Assembly (NCBI RefSeq): GCF_988242995.1
Contig: NZ_OZ547043.1
Length of the DNA stretch: 64,000 nt
Reading direction: 5' to 3' (one strand)
This document shows, in pieces, positions 24,695-36,910 of this stretch (positions are counted from its first letter, which is position 1; the number at the start of each line of letters is the position of its first letter). The notes below the pieces were generated by a model, which was not told the origin of the DNA, ran no database searches, and saw only the letters and a program-made list of their open reading frames with translations. The position numbers and the translations under genes are program-made.

Positions 24695-26080
24695 ATGCTA
24701 AAAATCTTCAATACTCTGACACGCCAAAAAGAGGAATTTAAGCCTATTCACGCCGGGGAAGTCGGCATGTACGTGTGTGGAATCACCGTTTACGATCTCT
24801 GTCATATCGGTCACGGGCGTACCTTTGTTGCCTTTGACGTGGTTGCGCGCTATCTGCGTTTCCTCGGCTATAAGCTGAAGTATGTGCGCAACATTACTGA
24901 TATCGACGACAAAATCATCAAACGCGCCAATGAAAATGGCGAAAGCTTTGTGGCGCTGGTGGATCGCATGATCGCCGAAATGCACAAAGATTTTGATGCT
25001 TTGAACATTCTGCGCCCGGATATGGAGCCGCGCGCGACGCACCATATCGCAGAAATTATTGAACTCACTGAACAACTGATCGCCAAAGGTCACGCTTATG
25101 TGGCGGACAACGGCGACGTGATGTTTGACGTACCGACCGATCCGACATATGGCGTGCTGTCGCGTCAGGATCTCGACCAGCTGCAGGCAGGCGCGCGCGT
25201 TGACGTGGTCGACGACAAACGCAACCCGATGGACTTCGTTCTGTGGAAGATGTCGAAAGAGGGCGAACCGAGCTGGCCGTCTCCGTGGGGCGCGGGCCGT
25301 CCAGGCTGGCACATTGAATGTTCGGCAATGAACTGCAAGCAGCTGGGTAACCACTTTGATATCCACGGCGGCGGTTCAGACCTGATGTTCCCGCACCACG
25401 AGAACGAAATCGCTCAGTCCACCTGTGCGCATGATGGTCAGTATGTGAACTACTGGATGCACTCCGGGATGGTAATGGTTGACCGCGAGAAGATGTCGAA
25501 ATCGCTGGGTAACTTCTTTACCGTGCGCGATGTGCTGAAATACTACGATGCTGAAACCGTGCGTTACTTCCTGATGTCAGGCCACTATCGCAGCCAGCTG
25601 AACTACAGCGAAGAGAACCTGAAGCAGGCGCGTGCGGCGCTGGAGCGTCTCTACACTGCGCTGCGCGGCACCGATAAAACCGTTGCGCCTGCCGGTGGCG
25701 AAGCGTTTGAAGCGCGCTTTATTGAAGCGATGGACGACGATTTCAACACCCCGGAAGCCTATTCCGTACTGTTTGATATGGCGCGTGAAGTAAACCGTCT
25801 GAAAGCAGAAGATATGGCAGCGGCGAACGCGATGGCGTCTCATCTGCGTAAACTTTCCGCCGTATTGGGCCTGCTGGAGCAAGAACCGGAAGCGTTCCTG
25901 CAAAGCGGCGCGCAGGCAGACGACAGCGAAGTGGCTGAGATTGAAGCGTTAATTCAACAGCGTCTGGATGCCCGTAAAGCGAAAGACTGGGCGGCGGCAG
26001 ATGCGGCGCGTGACCGTCTTAACGAGATGGGGATCGTGCTGGAAGATGGCCCGCAAGGGACCACCTGGCGTCGTAAGTAA
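24695..26080 (+). CDS. cysS: cysteine--tRNA ligase
   Basis: 461-aa class I aaRS with HIGH (HIGHGRT) and KMSKS motifs. Confidence 0.9.
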
Positions 26081-26091
26081 TTGCGCTATTG

Positions 26092-26115
26092 CCGGATGCG
26101 AGTTTTCGCATCCGG
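26092..26115. terminator. palindromic hairpin between convergent cysS and ybcI
   Basis: perfect inverted repeat ccggatgcga / tcgcatccgg around a TTTT loop. Confidence 0.5.
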
Positions 26116-26637
26116 TTATCGTCTGCGCCACCACAACATTCCTATCAGTAGCATCCCCGGCAACCATACCCACATCAATTCAGAAATAATCACCTGATGT
26201 CCGTACGGCGTGGTGTAACGAGACAATGCAAACGGCGCGACTTTAATCACCTGCCAGGGAGCGAAAAAGCGTTCATCTGACCACGGCCACAGCCAGCCAA
26301 CGCCCTTACCGCCAGTGGTTACCGAATCCAGCAAGCTGTGCGATAACAACGAGACGGTTAAAAACAGCCAGCAGCGAATCAGCCCAGCCCTGAACCATCG
26401 ACGTCCAATCAGCACACATAACAGCGGGACAACAAACGCAAACACCAGCGAATGGGTAAACCCGCGATGACCAAAAACATTGCCGTAAGCAACGCCAAAT
26501 TTAAACGACAAGACGTCGGCATCAGGCAGCATCGCCAGGACGATTCCGGCAAATAAAAGACGCGGAGGGATGACTTTCGAACCCAACCCTAAACCAATGC
26601 AAAGGGGAACGGCGGCGTGCGTAATAACGGTTGGCAT
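26116..26637 (-). CDS. ybcI: inner membrane protein (DUF457)
   Basis: 173-aa hydrophobic ORF matching recalled YbcI. Confidence 0.8.
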   Translation of the reverse strand: MPTVITHAAVPLCIGLGLGSKVIPPRLLFAGIVLAMLPDADVLSFKFGVAYGNVFGHRGFTHSLVFAFVVPLLCVLIGRRWFRAGLIRCWLFLTVSLLSHSLLDSVTTGGKGVGWLWPWSDERFFAPWQVIKVAPFALSRYTTPYGHQVIISELMWVWLPGMLLIGMLWWRRR

Positions 26638-26744
26638 GATGATCGCTTCGGCAAAATGTCGATGCTATCAGCATGGATGAATGGGGCGTAGAGGGCAAAA
26701 GTCTGAAAAGAGAACCGGCCTGTTGTTACAGGCCGGGAAAGGGA

Positions 26745-26957
26745 TCAGGCAACAACCTGTACGCTGTGACCGGCAAAACTCACTGTCTGCCCGGCGACGA
26801 TTTTGCAGCGTTTGCGCGTTTCAACCGCACCGTCGACTTTCACCTGGCCTTCGGCAATCGCGATTTTCGCCTGCGCGCCGCTTTCGCTCCAGCCTTCCAG
26901 TTTCAGCAAGTCGCACAGCTCAACGTGCGGATGTTTACCTAAAGAAAATGTCGCCAT
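26745..26957 (-). CDS. ybcJ: S4-like RNA-binding protein
   Basis: 70 aa from Met MATFSLGKHPH...; the track extension overlaps folD. Confidence 0.8.
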   Translation of the reverse strand: MATFSLGKHPHVELCDLLKLEGWSESGAQAKIAIAEGQVKVDGAVETRKRCKIVAGQTVSFAGHSVQVVA

Positions 26958-26958
26958 G

Positions 26959-27825
26959 TTACTCACCCTGTGGATCATGATATTCAACGCACGCCTGTAG
27001 CGTGTTTTCAATCAGCGTGGCAACCGTCATCGGGCCAACGCCGCCGGGAACAGGCGTAATGTATGAGGCGCGTTTAGCCGCGTCTTCAAACACGACGTCG
27101 CCCACAACTTTGCCATTTTCCAGACGGTTGATGCCGACATCAATCACAATTGCGCCTTCTTTGATCCAGTCACCGGGAATAAAGCCTGGCTTACCGACGG
27201 CAACGATCAATAGATCGGCATTTTCTACGTGGTGACGCAGATTTTTAGTGAAACGGTGAGTCACGGTGGTGGTGCAACCTGCCAGTAGCAGTTCCATGCT
27301 CATCGGGCGGCCAACGATATTCGATGCGCCAATCACCACGGCGTTGAGGCCGAAGGTATCAATGTTGTAACGCTCAAGCAGCGTGACAATACCGCGCGGG
27401 GTGCAGGGACGCAGACGCGGCGCGCGCTGGCACAGGCGACCGACGTTATAAGGATGGAAACCGTCTACGTCTTTGTCCGGGTGTATACGTTCCAGCACTT
27501 TGACGTTATCAATACCCGCCGGTAACGGCAGTTGAACCAGAATGCCATCGATGGTGTTGTCGGCATTCAGCGTATCGATAAGCTCCAGCAGCTCCGCTTC
27601 GCTGGTGGTTTCCGGGAGGTCGTAAGAGCGGGAGACGAACCCGACTTCTTCACAAGCCTTGCGTTTGCTTGCGACATAAATTTGCGATGCAGGGTTACTA
27701 CCCACCAGCACAACGGCCAGTCCTGGTGCCCGCAGTCCGGCTGCAATACGCGCCTGAACTTTTTGAGCAACTTCAGAGCGCACCTGCTGCGCAATCGTTT
27801 TACCGTCAATAATCTTTGCTGCCAT
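26959..27825 (-). CDS. folD: bifunctional methylene-THF dehydrogenase / methenyl-THF cyclohydrolase
   Basis: 288-aa ORF matching recalled FolD. Confidence 0.9.
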   Translation of the reverse strand: MAAKIIDGKTIAQQVRSEVAQKVQARIAAGLRAPGLAVVLVGSNPASQIYVASKRKACEEVGFVSRSYDLPETTSEAELLELIDTLNADNTIDGILVQLPLPAGIDNVKVLERIHPDKDVDGFHPYNVGRLCQRAPRLRPCTPRGIVTLLERYNIDTFGLNAVVIGASNIVGRPMSMELLLAGCTTTVTHRFTKNLRHHVENADLLIVAVGKPGFIPGDWIKEGAIVIDVGINRLENGKVVGDVVFEDAAKRASYITPVPGGVGPMTVATLIENTLQACVEYHDPQGE

Positions 27826-28295
27826 CAGAGAGAGGATTCCATCTGTTACGTAGGTCGAAGGGGATGCGCCTATTTTGTCAGAAGCGGGGCGCGCTGTCAG
27901 GTTTCGTTTCAGATTTATCGCGTGAAGCGACCTCGTGCGAAGGTGAGGCGTACTGTCGCTGAGATTGAAAGCTTCATTTTTCGTCCATGATGGCGTTGTA
28001 AATCTGGAACTGACTTATTTCCTTGTCAAAGGATTAAGATGATTTAAGAAATACCTGACAATATAAAAAGAATTTTCAGCCTGGTAATTTACCGCTTCAG
28101 GTCTATATTTGTGTTGAATATATTTTGCGCGGAAGTATTCATCTAACGGGGCTCTCTATTTTTTAGAATAGAGTGCATATTTTCAATTAAGACATTCTTA
28201 GAGGATAAAAAGGAATTTACTACTATCAGTGTCTTAAATAAAGTAATCGGTTATATACGGATGTGGAGTCGATAAATGAGATTGAAGGAATATAT

Positions 28296-28838
28296 ATGAA
28301 ATTAAGATTTATTTCGTCTGCGCTGGCCGCCGCACTATTCGCCGCTACGGGTAGTTATGCTGCCGTTGTAGATGGCGGTACAATTCACTTTGAGGGCGAA
28401 CTGGTGAATGCTGCCTGTTCAGTGAATACTGACTCGGCAGACCAGGTTGTCACACTCGGTCAATATCGTACCGATATTTTCAATGCTGTTGGTAATACCT
28501 CTGCATTAATTCCATTCACTATACAGTTGAACGACTGCGATCCTGTCGTTGCCGCTAATGCTGCCGTTGCATTTTCTGGTCAGGCGGATGCAATCAATGA
28601 TAATTTATTGGCCATTGCATCCAGTACTAATACAACAACAGCAACGGGTGTCGGTATTGAAATACTTGATAATACATCCGCAATTCTCAAACCTGATGGG
28701 AATAGCTTCTCAACCAACCAGAACTTGATCCCCGGGACCAACGTTCTTCATTTTTCTGCACGTTATAAAGGCACCGGTACAAGTGCATCAGCAGGGCAAG
28801 CAAATGCTGACGCGACTTTTATTATGAGATACGAATAA
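28296..28838 (+). CDS. sfmA: type 1-like fimbrial major subunit
   Basis: 180 aa from ATG 28296 with signal peptide; fimbrial subunit C-terminus. Confidence 0.85.
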   Translation: MKLRFISSALAAALFAATGSYAAVVDGGTIHFEGELVNAACSVNTDSADQVVTLGQYRTDIFNAVGNTSALIPFTIQLNDCDPVVAANAAVAFSGQADAINDNLLAIASSTNTTTATGVGIEILDNTSAILKPDGNSFSTNQNLIPGTNVLHFSARYKGTGTSASAGQANADATFIMRYE

Positions 28839-29057
28839 TCAAAACCACGTTGTTTTGAATTATATATCACGTCTTATAACAAAGTAATGTACCGGTTGTC
28901 AGAAGCGGTATGGTGGCAATGTAAATCGAAATCATGTTCACTTTGTATCATGCCGCTTTATTAAATGAAAAGGGAATGATGTGTTGTAAGAAACCAAAGC
29001 AATCATTTCTTTATAATTCTTATTTTTGCCGTCAGGAATACACAAGGCGTATTAACT

Positions 29058-29750
29058 ATGATGACTAAAATAAAGTTATTGATGCTCATTATATTTTATT
29101 TAATCATTTCGGCCAGCGCCCATGCTGCCGGAGGGATCGCATTAGGTGCCACGCGTATTATTTATCCCGCTGATGCTAAACAGACTGCAGTATGGATTAG
29201 AAATAGCCATACCAATGAGCGCTTTCTGGTCAATTCGTGGATTGAAAACAGCAGCGGTGTAAAAGAAAAGTCATTCATCATTACACCGCCACTGTTTGTT
29301 AGTGAACCCAAAAGCGAAAATACTTTGCGTATTATTTACACCGGTCCACCGCTGGCGGCAGATCGTGAGTCTCTGTTCTGGATGAATGTTAAGACGATCC
29401 CTTCGGTAGATAAAAATGCATTGAACGGCAGGAATGTTTTGCAACTGGCGATTTTATCGCGCATGAAGTTATTTCTCCGTCCAATTCAATTACAAGAATT
29501 ACCCGCAGAAGCGCCGGACACACTCAAGTTTTCGCGATCCGGTAACTATATCAATGTTCATAATCCATCACCTTTTTATGTCACCCTGGTTAACTTACAA
29601 GTGGGCAGCCAAAAGTTGGGGAATGCTATGGCTGCACCCAGAGTTAATTCACAAATTCCCTTACCCTCAGGAGTGCAGGGAAAGCTGAAATTTCAGACCG
29701 TTAATGATTATGGTTCAGTAACCCCGGTCAGAGAAGTGAACTTAAACTAA
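29058..29750 (+). CDS. sfmC: periplasmic fimbrial chaperone
   Basis: 230-aa PapD-like chaperone ORF with signal peptide. Confidence 0.85.
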   Translation: MMTKIKLLMLIIFYLIISASAHAAGGIALGATRIIYPADAKQTAVWIRNSHTNERFLVNSWIENSSGVKEKSFIITPPLFVSEPKSENTLRIIYTGPPLAADRESLFWMNVKTIPSVDKNALNGRNVLQLAILSRMKLFLRPIQLQELPAEAPDTLKFSRSGNYINVHNPSPFYVTLVNLQVGSQKLGNAMAAPRVNSQIPLPSGVQGKLKFQTVNDYGSVTPVREVNLN

Positions 29751-29780
29751 CCGAATCATCTGACAATATCAGAGCTAATT

Positions 29781-32390
29781 ATGAAAATACCCACTACTAC
29801 GGATATTCCGCAGAGGTATACCTGGTGTCTGGCCGGAATTTGTTATTCATCTCTTGCCATTTTACCCTCCTTTTTAAGCTATGCGGAAAGTTATTTCAAC
29901 CCGGCATTTTTATTAGAGAATGGCACATCCGTTGCTGATTTATCGCGCTTTGAGAGAGGTAATCATCAACCTGCGGGTGTGTATCGGGTGGATCTCTGGC
30001 GTAATGATGAGTTCATTGGTTCACAGGATATCGTATTTGAATCGACGACAGTAAATACAGGTGATAAATCAGGTGGGTTAATGCCTTGTTTTAATCAGGC
30101 ACTCCTTGAACGAATTGGCCTTAATAGCAGTGCATTCCCCGAGTTAGCCCAGCAGCAAAATAATAAATGCATCGATTTACTGAAAGCTGTACCTGATGCC
30201 ACAATTAACTTTGATTTTGCAGCGATGCGCCTGAACATCACTATTCCTCAGATAGCGTTGTTGAGTAGCGCTCACGGTTACATTCCGCCTGAAGAGTGGG
30301 ATGAAGGTATTCCTGCTTTACTCCTGAATTATAATTTCACCGGTAACAGAGGTAATGGTAACGATAGCTATTTTTTTAGTGAACTCAGCGGGATTAATAT
30401 TGGCCCGTGGCGTTTACGCAACAATGGTTCCTGGAACTATTTTCGCGGAAATGGATATCATTCAGAACAGTGGAATAATATTGGCACCTGGGTACAGCGC
30501 GCCATTATTCCGCTGAAAAGTGAACTGGTAATGGGAGACGGTAATACAGGGAGTGATATTTTCGATGGCGTCGGATTTCGAGGTGTACGGCTTTATTCTT
30601 CCGATAATATGTATCCTGATAGCCAGCAAGGGTTTGCCCCAACGGTACGTGGGATTGCCCGTACGGCGGCCCAGCTAACGATTCGGCAAAATGGTTTTAT
30701 TATCTATCAAAGCTATGTTTCCCCCGGCGCTTTTGAAATTACAGATTTACACCCGACATCTTCAAATGGCGATCTGGACGTCACCATCGACGAGCGCGAT
30801 GGTAATCAGCAGAATTACACTATTCCGTATTCGACAGTGCCAATTTTACAACGCGAAGGGCGTTTCAAATTTGACCTGACGGCGGGTGATTTTCGTAGCG
30901 GTAATAGTCAGCAATCGTCGCCTTTCTTTTTTCAGGGCACGGCACTCGGCGGCTTACCACAGGAATTTACTGCCTACGGCGGGACGCAATTATCTGCCAA
31001 TTACACCGCCTTTTTATTAGGGCTGGGGCGCAATCTCGGAAACTGGGGGGCGGTATCTCTGGATGTGACCCATGCGCGCAGTCAGTTAGCCGACGATAGT
31101 CGTCATGAGGGGGATTCCATTCGCTTCCTCTATGCGAAATCAATGAACACTTTCGGCACCAATTTTCAGTTAATGGGTTACCGCTATTCGACACAAGGTT
31201 TTTATACCCTTGATGATGTTGCGTATCGTCGAATGGAGGGGTACGAGTATGATTACGATTACGACGGTGAGCATCGCGATGAACCGATAATCGTGAATTA
31301 CCACAATTTACGCTTTAGCCGTAAAGACCGTTTGCAGTTAAATATTTCACAATCACTTAATGACTTTGGCTCGCTTTATATCTCTGGTACCCATCAAAAA
31401 TACTGGAATACTTCGGATTCAGATACGTGGTATCAGGTGGGGTATACCAGCAGCTGGGTTGGCATCAGTTATTCGCTCTCATTTTCGTGGAATGAATCTG
31501 TAGGGATCCCCGATAACGAACGTATTGTCGGACTTAATGTTTCAGTGCCTTTCAATGTTTTGACCAAACGTCGCTATACCCGGGAAAATGCGCTCGACCG
31601 CGCTTATGCCTCCTTTAACGCCAACCGTAACAGCAACGGGCAAAATAGCTGGCTGGCAGGTGTAGGTGGGACCTTACTGGAAGGCCACAACCTGAGTTAT
31701 CACGTAAGCCAGGGCGATACCTCGAATAATGGGTATACGGGCAGCGCTACGGCAAACTGGCAGGCCGCTTACGGTACGCTGGGGGTCGGGTATAACTACG
31801 ACCGCGATCAACATGACGTTAACTGGCAGCTGTCTGGCGGTGTGGTCGGACATGAAAATGGCATAACGCTGAGCCAGCCTTTAGGGGATACCAATGTTTT
31901 GATTAAAGCGCCTGGCGCAGGCGGTGTACGCATTGAAAATCAAACTGGCATTTTAACCGACTGGCGCGGCTATGCGGTGATGCCGTATGCCACGGTTTAT
32001 CGGTATAACCGTATCGCGCTTGATACCAATACGATGGGGAATTCCATCGATGTTGAAAAAAATATTAGCAGTGTTGTGCCGACGCAAGGCGCGTTGGTTC
32101 GTGCCAATTTTGATACCCGCATAGGCGTGCGGGCGCTCATTACCGTTACCCAGGGCGGAAAACCGGTGCCGTTTGGATCACTGGTACGGGAAAACAGTAC
32201 CGGAATAACCAGTATGGTGGGTGATGACGGGCAAGTTTATTTAAGCGGTGCGCCATTGTCTGGTGAATTACTGGTTCAGTGGGGAGACGGTGCAAACTCA
32301 CGCTGCATTGCGCACTATGTATTGCCGAAGCAAAGCTTACAGCAAGCCGTCACTGTTATTTCGGCAGTTTGCACACATCCTGGCTCATAA
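29781..32390 (+). CDS. sfmD: fimbrial outer-membrane usher
   Basis: 869-aa usher-family ORF. Confidence 0.85.
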   Translation: MKIPTTTDIPQRYTWCLAGICYSSLAILPSFLSYAESYFNPAFLLENGTSVADLSRFERGNHQPAGVYRVDLWRNDEFIGSQDIVFESTTVNTGDKSGGLMPCFNQALLERIGLNSSAFPELAQQQNNKCIDLLKAVPDATINFDFAAMRLNITIPQIALLSSAHGYIPPEEWDEGIPALLLNYNFTGNRGNGNDSYFFSELSGINIGPWRLRNNGSWNYFRGNGYHSEQWNNIGTWVQRAIIPLKSELVMGDGNTGSDIFDGVGFRGVRLYSSDNMYPDSQQGFAPTVRGIARTAAQLTIRQNGFIIYQSYVSPGAFEITDLHPTSSNGDLDVTIDERDGNQQNYTIPYSTVPILQREGRFKFDLTAGDFRSGNSQQSSPFFFQGTALGGLPQEFTAYGGTQLSANYTAFLLGLGRNLGNWGAVSLDVTHARSQLADDSRHEGDSIRFLYAKSMNTFGTNFQLMGYRYSTQGFYTLDDVAYRRMEGYEYDYDYDGEHRDEPIIVNYHNLRFSRKDRLQLNISQSLNDFGSLYISGTHQKYWNTSDSDTWYQVGYTSSWVGISYSLSFSWNESVGIPDNERIVGLNVSVPFNVLTKRRYTRENALDRAYASFNANRNSNGQNSWLAGVGGTLLEGHNLSYHVSQGDTSNNGYTGSATANWQAAYGTLGVGYNYDRDQHDVNWQLSGGVVGHENGITLSQPLGDTNVLIKAPGAGGVRIENQTGILTDWRGYAVMPYATVYRYNRIALDTNTMGNSIDVEKNISSVVPTQGALVRANFDTRIGVRALITVTQGGKPVPFGSLVRENSTGITSMVGDDGQVYLSGAPLSGELLVQWGDGANSRCIAHYVLPKQSLQQAVTVISAVCTHPGS

Positions 32391-32402
32391 AGGAAATTAT
32401 CA

Positions 32403-33410
32403 ATGAAGATAATCTGCAGATTATTATTGGCAATGGCATGTTTGTGTCTGGCAAACATATCCTGGGCTACTGTTTGTGCAAATAGTACTGGCGTAGCAGA
32501 AGATGAACACTATGATCTCTCAAATGTCTTTAATAGCACCAATAACCAGCCAGGCCAGATTGTTGTTTTACCGGAAAAATCCGGCTGGGTAGGTGTGTCA
32601 GCAATTTGTCCACCCGGCACGCTGGTGAATTATACATACCGTAGTTATGTCACTAACTTTATTGTTCAGGAAACTATCGATAATTATAAATATATGCAAT
32701 TAAATGATTATCTATTAGGTGCGATGAGTCTGGTTGATAGCGTGATGGATATTCAATTCCCTCCGCAAAATTATATTCGTATGGGAACAGATCCTAACGT
32801 TTCGCAAAACCTTCCGTTCGGGGTGATGGATTCTCGTTTGATATTTCGTTTAAAGGTTATTCGTCCCTTTATTAACATGGTGGAGATCCCCAGACAGGTG
32901 ATGTTTACCGTGTATGTGACATCAACGCCTAACGATCCGTTGGTTACACCTGTTTATACCATTAGTTTTGGTGGCCGGGTTGAAGTACCGCAAAACTGCG
33001 AATTAAATGCCGGGCAAATTGTTGAATTTGATTTTGGTGATATCGGCGCATCGTTATTTAGTGCGGCAGGGCCGGGGAATCGACCAGCTGGTGTCATGCC
33101 GCAAACCAAGAGCATTGCGATCAAATGTACGAATGTTGCTGCGCAGGCTTATTTAACAATGCGTCTGGAAGCCAGTGCCGTTTCTGGTCAGGCGATGGTG
33201 TCGGACAATCAGGATTTAGGTTTTATTGTGGCCGATCAGAACGATACGCCGATCACGCCTAACGATCTCAATAGCGTTATTCCTTTCCGTCTGGATGCAG
33301 CTGCGGCAGCCAATGTCACACTTCGCGCCTGGCCTATCAGTATTACCGGTCAAAAACCGACCGAAGGGCCGTTTAGCGCGCTGGGGTATTTACGCGTCGA
33401 TTATCAATGA
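32403..33410 (+). CDS. sfmH: fimbrial adhesin-like protein
   Basis: 335-aa ORF with signal peptide, FimH-like position in operon. Confidence 0.8.
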   Translation: MKIICRLLLAMACLCLANISWATVCANSTGVAEDEHYDLSNVFNSTNNQPGQIVVLPEKSGWVGVSAICPPGTLVNYTYRSYVTNFIVQETIDNYKYMQLNDYLLGAMSLVDSVMDIQFPPQNYIRMGTDPNVSQNLPFGVMDSRLIFRLKVIRPFINMVEIPRQVMFTVYVTSTPNDPLVTPVYTISFGGRVEVPQNCELNAGQIVEFDFGDIGASLFSAAGPGNRPAGVMPQTKSIAIKCTNVAAQAYLTMRLEASAVSGQAMVSDNQDLGFIVADQNDTPITPNDLNSVIPFRLDAAAAANVTLRAWPISITGQKPTEGPFSALGYLRVDYQ

Positions 33411-33420
33411 GGTACGGAGA

Positions 33421-33936
33421 ATGAGAAGAGTACTCTTTAGCTGTTTCTGCGGGCTACTGTGGAGTTCCAGTGGATGGGCAGTTGACCCTTTAGGAACGAT
33501 TAATATCAATTTGCACGGTAACGTTGTTGATTTCTCCTGTACCGTAAACACAGCGGATAAGGATAAGACGGTAGATTTAGGCAGATGGCCTACGACACAA
33601 TTACTGAGCGCTGGCGATACCACGGCACTCGTCCCTTTTAGCCTGCGGCTGGAGGGATGTCCTCCGGGTTCAGTTGCGATTTTATTTACGGGAACGCCGG
33701 CATCTGATGCCAACCTGCTGGCTCTGGATGATCCCGCAATGGCACAAACCGTCGCCATCGAATTACGTAATAGCGATCGCTCCCGGCTCGCACTGGGGGA
33801 GGCGAGCCCGACTGAGGAAGTAGATGCAAATGGCAATGTCACACTAAACTTTTTTGCCAATTATCGAGCGTTAGCCAGCGGTGTTCAGCCAGGTGTGGCG
33901 AAAGCGGATGCGATATTTATGATCAATTATAATTAA
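33421..33936 (+). CDS. sfmF: fimbrial minor subunit
   Basis: 171 aa from ATG 33421; track ORF from 33226 overlaps sfmH. Confidence 0.8.
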   Translation: MRRVLFSCFCGLLWSSSGWAVDPLGTININLHGNVVDFSCTVNTADKDKTVDLGRWPTTQLLSAGDTTALVPFSLRLEGCPPGSVAILFTGTPASDANLLALDDPAMAQTVAIELRNSDRSRLALGEASPTEEVDANGNVTLNFFANYRALASGVQPGVAKADAIFMINYN

Positions 33937-33938
33937 TA

Positions 33939-34571
33939 TTATATTAATTCATATAATTTGGCGTAGTCGATAAGCTCTACAATTGAATGCAAACCTAGCT
34001 TCCCATAAATATTAGATTTATGCGCACTAACTGTTTTATTGCTAAGTAATAACTTATCGGCAATTTCTTTATTGGATAATCCGCTAACCAGATAACGTAA
34101 TATGGTCACTTCACGATTAGATAGCACCGTGACCGTTGAACTATTCGTACTGCATTTATTGCTTTTTATATAGTTGAGCGTTTCGCTGGGGAAAAAAGTG
34201 TATCCGGAGAGGATCATCTGAACGGCGTGAAAAATATCATTCTGATCATTGCATTTACTGACAAAACCGTTAGCACCAGCTTGTATCGCTCTGCCAGCAT
34301 AAAAGCATTCTGATTTCGATGATAAAAATAATACTTTCACTGTGCTCTGGATTTGTTTGATCCTTTTCAGGAAGGTAAAACCGTCTGTTCCGGGCAAGTC
34401 TATATCCATAATAATTAAATCAACAGGACGGGTTCGGAGATAATCGATGGTTATGCGATAATCATCCGTTTTCAGGACAATTTGCAATTCATTGTTTTTT
34501 TGCAACAGAACTTCAATAGACATTCTGATGATAGGATGAGTATCCATAATGATCACCGACGTTGGTTTCAT
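33939..34571 (-). CDS. fimZ: LuxR/NarL-family response regulator of fimbrial expression
   Basis: 210 aa from Met MKPTSVIIMDTHP...; receiver domain plus C-terminal LuxR HTH. Confidence 0.85.
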   Translation of the reverse strand: MKPTSVIIMDTHPIIRMSIEVLLQKNNELQIVLKTDDYRITIDYLRTRPVDLIIMDIDLPGTDGFTFLKRIKQIQSTVKVLFLSSKSECFYAGRAIQAGANGFVSKCNDQNDIFHAVQMILSGYTFFPSETLNYIKSNKCSTNSSTVTVLSNREVTILRYLVSGLSNKEIADKLLLSNKTVSAHKSNIYGKLGLHSIVELIDYAKLYELI

Positions 34572-34754
34572 AGTTACCAGTCTCATAGGATCGGACAATT
34601 TTCCGTTAGGGCGGGAAATTGTACTTTGATACATGAAAATACGGGTTTTCTTGATTCAGACGCGCAGCGGTGTACGTTTGTTTGCCGCTATAGCGAAATA
34701 AATCAGAAAATCAGACGCGGTCGTTCACTTGTTCAGCAACCAGATCAAAAGCCA

Positions 34755-34782
34755 TTGACTCAGCAAGGGTTGACCGTATAAT
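34755..34782 (+). promoter_or_regulatory. putative sigma-70 promoter of argU
   Basis: TTGACT (34755-34760), 16-bp spacer, TATAAT (34777-34782), about 30 bp upstream of the tRNA. Confidence 0.45.
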
Positions 34783-34813
34783 TCACGCGATTACACCGCA
34801 TTGCGGTATCAAC

Positions 34814-34890
34814 GCGCCCTTAGCTCAGTTGGATAGAGCAACGACCTTCTAAGTCGTGGGCCGCAGGTTCGAATCCTGCAGGGCGCGCCA
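34814..34890 (+). tRNA. argU: tRNA-Arg (UCU anticodon)
   Basis: 77-nt sequence with acceptor stem GCGCCCU/AGGGCGC, anticodon loop cuUCUaa, T-loop GGTTCGAATCC, 3' CCA; integrase gene immediately downstream. Confidence 0.9.
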
Positions 34891-34905
34891 TTACAATTCA
34901 ATCAG

Positions 34906-36069
34906 TTACGCCTTCTTTATATCCTCCATAATTCCAGAGTGGGACATATTTGGGACATTATCACCAAAAATGTCGTCTATTTTCCTCGCATGCTCTGTCA
35001 AATGATTAGGCGCAAGGTGAGCATACCTACGAACCATTTCTATGGACTCCCATCCGCCCATTTCCTGAAGCACTGATAATGGGACGCCTGACTGAATCAG
35101 CCAGCTTGCCCAGGTGTGTCTGAGGTCATGGAAACGGAAATCTTCAATTCCTGCACGACGACAAGCTGATAGCCATGATGTCTTGCTGTCGATGCGCATC
35201 TTCCTGACCGCAGGCGTTGATGTTCCATCTGCTCGCTTAGCCGCCTTGGTATGTACAAACACCCATTTGTGATGCTTGCCTATTTGATCACGCAACACTT
35301 TACAGGCGGTATCGTTCAGCGCCACACCAATGGCGCGGTTTGATTTGCTCTCTTCTGGATTCACCCAGGCAACTCGTCGCTGCATGTCGATTTGTTGCCA
35401 TTCCAGATTTATGATGTTCGACTTTCTCAGACCAGTTGCCAGCGCAAACTTGACGACAGATTTCAGTGGTTCGGGGCACTCATCAATAAGGCGTTTTGCT
35501 TCCTCCTTTTCCAGCCATCTGACTCGCTTGTTTCTGACCGCTGGTATCTTGATGACAGGCGCTTTTTCCAGCCACTTCCAGTCGCGTTCTGCAGCACGGA
35601 GAATGGCCTTTATCATGGCAAGATGCTTTGCCTTTGTCTGAGTTGATACTGGCTTTGGTTCATAAACAGGCAGTTCTTTACCTTTCCTGATGGCGGCCTG
35701 AACTTTCTGTTTCCATATTTCTTTCGTCTTTCTGTTATGCATTCTGCTTACAGCAGAGTAAATCTTTGCCTCCGAGATATCTTTAAGCCTTATACCCTCA
35801 AAATGTTCAAGCCAGAACTCAATCCGGCTTTTATCTGAATCGAGAGATTTTTTATCAGCTTTTTCCTCAAGCCATCTTAGGCAGGCCTCTTCAAAAGTGA
35901 CATCAGGTAAATCCCCTAGCTTTTCTACTCGCCAGAGTTCTGCTTTTCGCTTGTCGTGCAACTCCTGAGCTTGCCGCTTGTCCTTTGTGCCAAGAGATTC
36001 CTTAATTCGTTTCCCGCCCGGGAGCGAATACGAGGCGTACCATATTTCATTTCTGCGGAAGAGTGACAT
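34906..36069 (-). CDS. intD: tyrosine recombinase, DLP12-type prophage integrase
   Basis: 387-aa ORF with C-terminal R...HxxR...Y catalytic region (HDLRHTWAS...RYAHL); adjacent to argU. Confidence 0.85.
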   Translation of the reverse strand: MSLFRRNEIWYASYSLPGGKRIKESLGTKDKRQAQELHDKRKAELWRVEKLGDLPDVTFEEACLRWLEEKADKKSLDSDKSRIEFWLEHFEGIRLKDISEAKIYSAVSRMHNRKTKEIWKQKVQAAIRKGKELPVYEPKPVSTQTKAKHLAMIKAILRAAERDWKWLEKAPVIKIPAVRNKRVRWLEKEEAKRLIDECPEPLKSVVKFALATGLRKSNIINLEWQQIDMQRRVAWVNPEESKSNRAIGVALNDTACKVLRDQIGKHHKWVFVHTKAAKRADGTSTPAVRKMRIDSKTSWLSACRRAGIEDFRFHDLRHTWASWLIQSGVPLSVLQEMGGWESIEMVRRYAHLAPNHLTEHARKIDDIFGDNVPNMSHSGIMEDIKKA

Positions 36070-36296
36070 TTTCTTTCCTCTGTTATGCCATCACCCGCGC
36101 TCACTTGGACAGTATGCAGCGGAGACTGAAGCGCCGCAATGCAGGCTTGCCGTGTTGTGAGGTAAGGAGATTTTGGCTTGGTTGGATCTTTACGTGTTGC
36201 CTGTAGGCGGCCTGTTCGTATCCAGTTGGTGGCGGTTGGTCTGGATATCTTAAGAAACTGACAGGCCTCATCGAGTGTGAGGCTGTATGATTCCAT
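35925..36296 (-). CDS. xisD: putative excisionase
   Basis: ORF overlapping the 5' end of int, with an HTH-like segment ([26 protein letters not shown]); exact ends uncertain. Confidence 0.45.
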   Translation of the reverse strand: MESYSLTLDEACQFLKISRPTATNWIRTGRLQATRKDPTKPKSPYLTTRQACIAALQSPLHTVQVSAGDGITEERKCHSSAEMKYGTPRIRSRAGNELRNLLAQRTSGKLRSCTTSEKQNSGE

Positions 36297-36546
36297 GGTT
36301 ACCTCTGCTTTTTGAACGCATGTCACGTAACTTCTTAATGTGTTCTGCCGTTTCGATCTCTTCTGCTATCCGATCTGCATCAGCTTTATTCACAGGTTCA
36401 AAGTCATGATTAAAGCGGAACATGCTGGCGATACATGTTCTGCCTTTTCGGATGTAGTGAACTTTGTTGTGGGTAGAACGCAGGATTTTGCAGGGAGTGC
36501 CGTGGTGGTCGACGTACCAGGTGTTAGGAAAAATGATTCTGAACAT
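36268..36546 (-). CDS. hypothetical phage protein
   Basis: 92-aa ORF co-oriented with early-left genes; no recognised motif. Confidence 0.4.
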   Translation of the reverse strand: MFRIIFPNTWYVDHHGTPCKILRSTHNKVHYIRKGRTCIASMFRFNHDFEPVNKADADRIAEEIETAEHIKKLRDMRSKSRGNHGIIQPHTR

Positions 36547-36593
36547 TTTTACACCTCAGTTGGACGATGTTGAAATTTGCTGCTTTGAGGCCA

Positions 36594-36812
36594 TCACAGT
36601 CCCCATTGTTTGTTCTTAAGTTCGATCTCCTCCTGGCAACTTGCACAAGTCCGACAACCCTGAACAGCCAGGCGTCTTCGCTCATCTATCGGATCGCCAC
36701 ACTCACAACAATGAGTTGCGGATACAGTCTGGTAGTTCAGACGACGCATTTTTATTGCTGTATTGCGCTGTAATTCTTCGATTTCTGATGCTGAATCAAT
36801 GATGTCTGCCAT
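36594..36812 (-). CDS. TraR/DksA-family C4 zinc-finger protein
   Basis: 72-aa ORF with CxxC...CxxC pattern (CCECGDPID...CRTCASC) typical of phage TraR-like proteins. Confidence 0.6.
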   Translation of the reverse strand: MADIIDSASEIEELQRNTAIKMRRLNYQTVSATHCCECGDPIDERRRLAVQGCRTCASCQEEIELKNKQWGL

Positions 36813-36861
36813 CTTTCATTAATCCCTGAATTGTTGGTTAATACGCTTGAGGGTAAATGCG

Positions 36862-36889
36862 AATAATAAAAAAGGAGCCTGTAGCTCCC
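36862..36889 (-). terminator. rho-independent terminator on the minus strand
   Basis: hairpin ggagcctgtagctcc preceded on the plus strand by an A-run (a T-run on the transcribed strand). Confidence 0.4.
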
Positions 36890-36910
36890 TGATGATTTTG
36901 CTTTTCATGT

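Noticed and set aside
28263-28295. GTG start extending sfmA by 11 codons
   Set aside because: The ATG at 28296 begins a typical signal peptide ([22 protein letters not shown]) and has better context.
34635-34813. Possible invertible fimbrial switch between fimZ and argU
   Set aside because: No flanking inverted repeats or recombinase gene; the interval is better explained as the argU promoter region.
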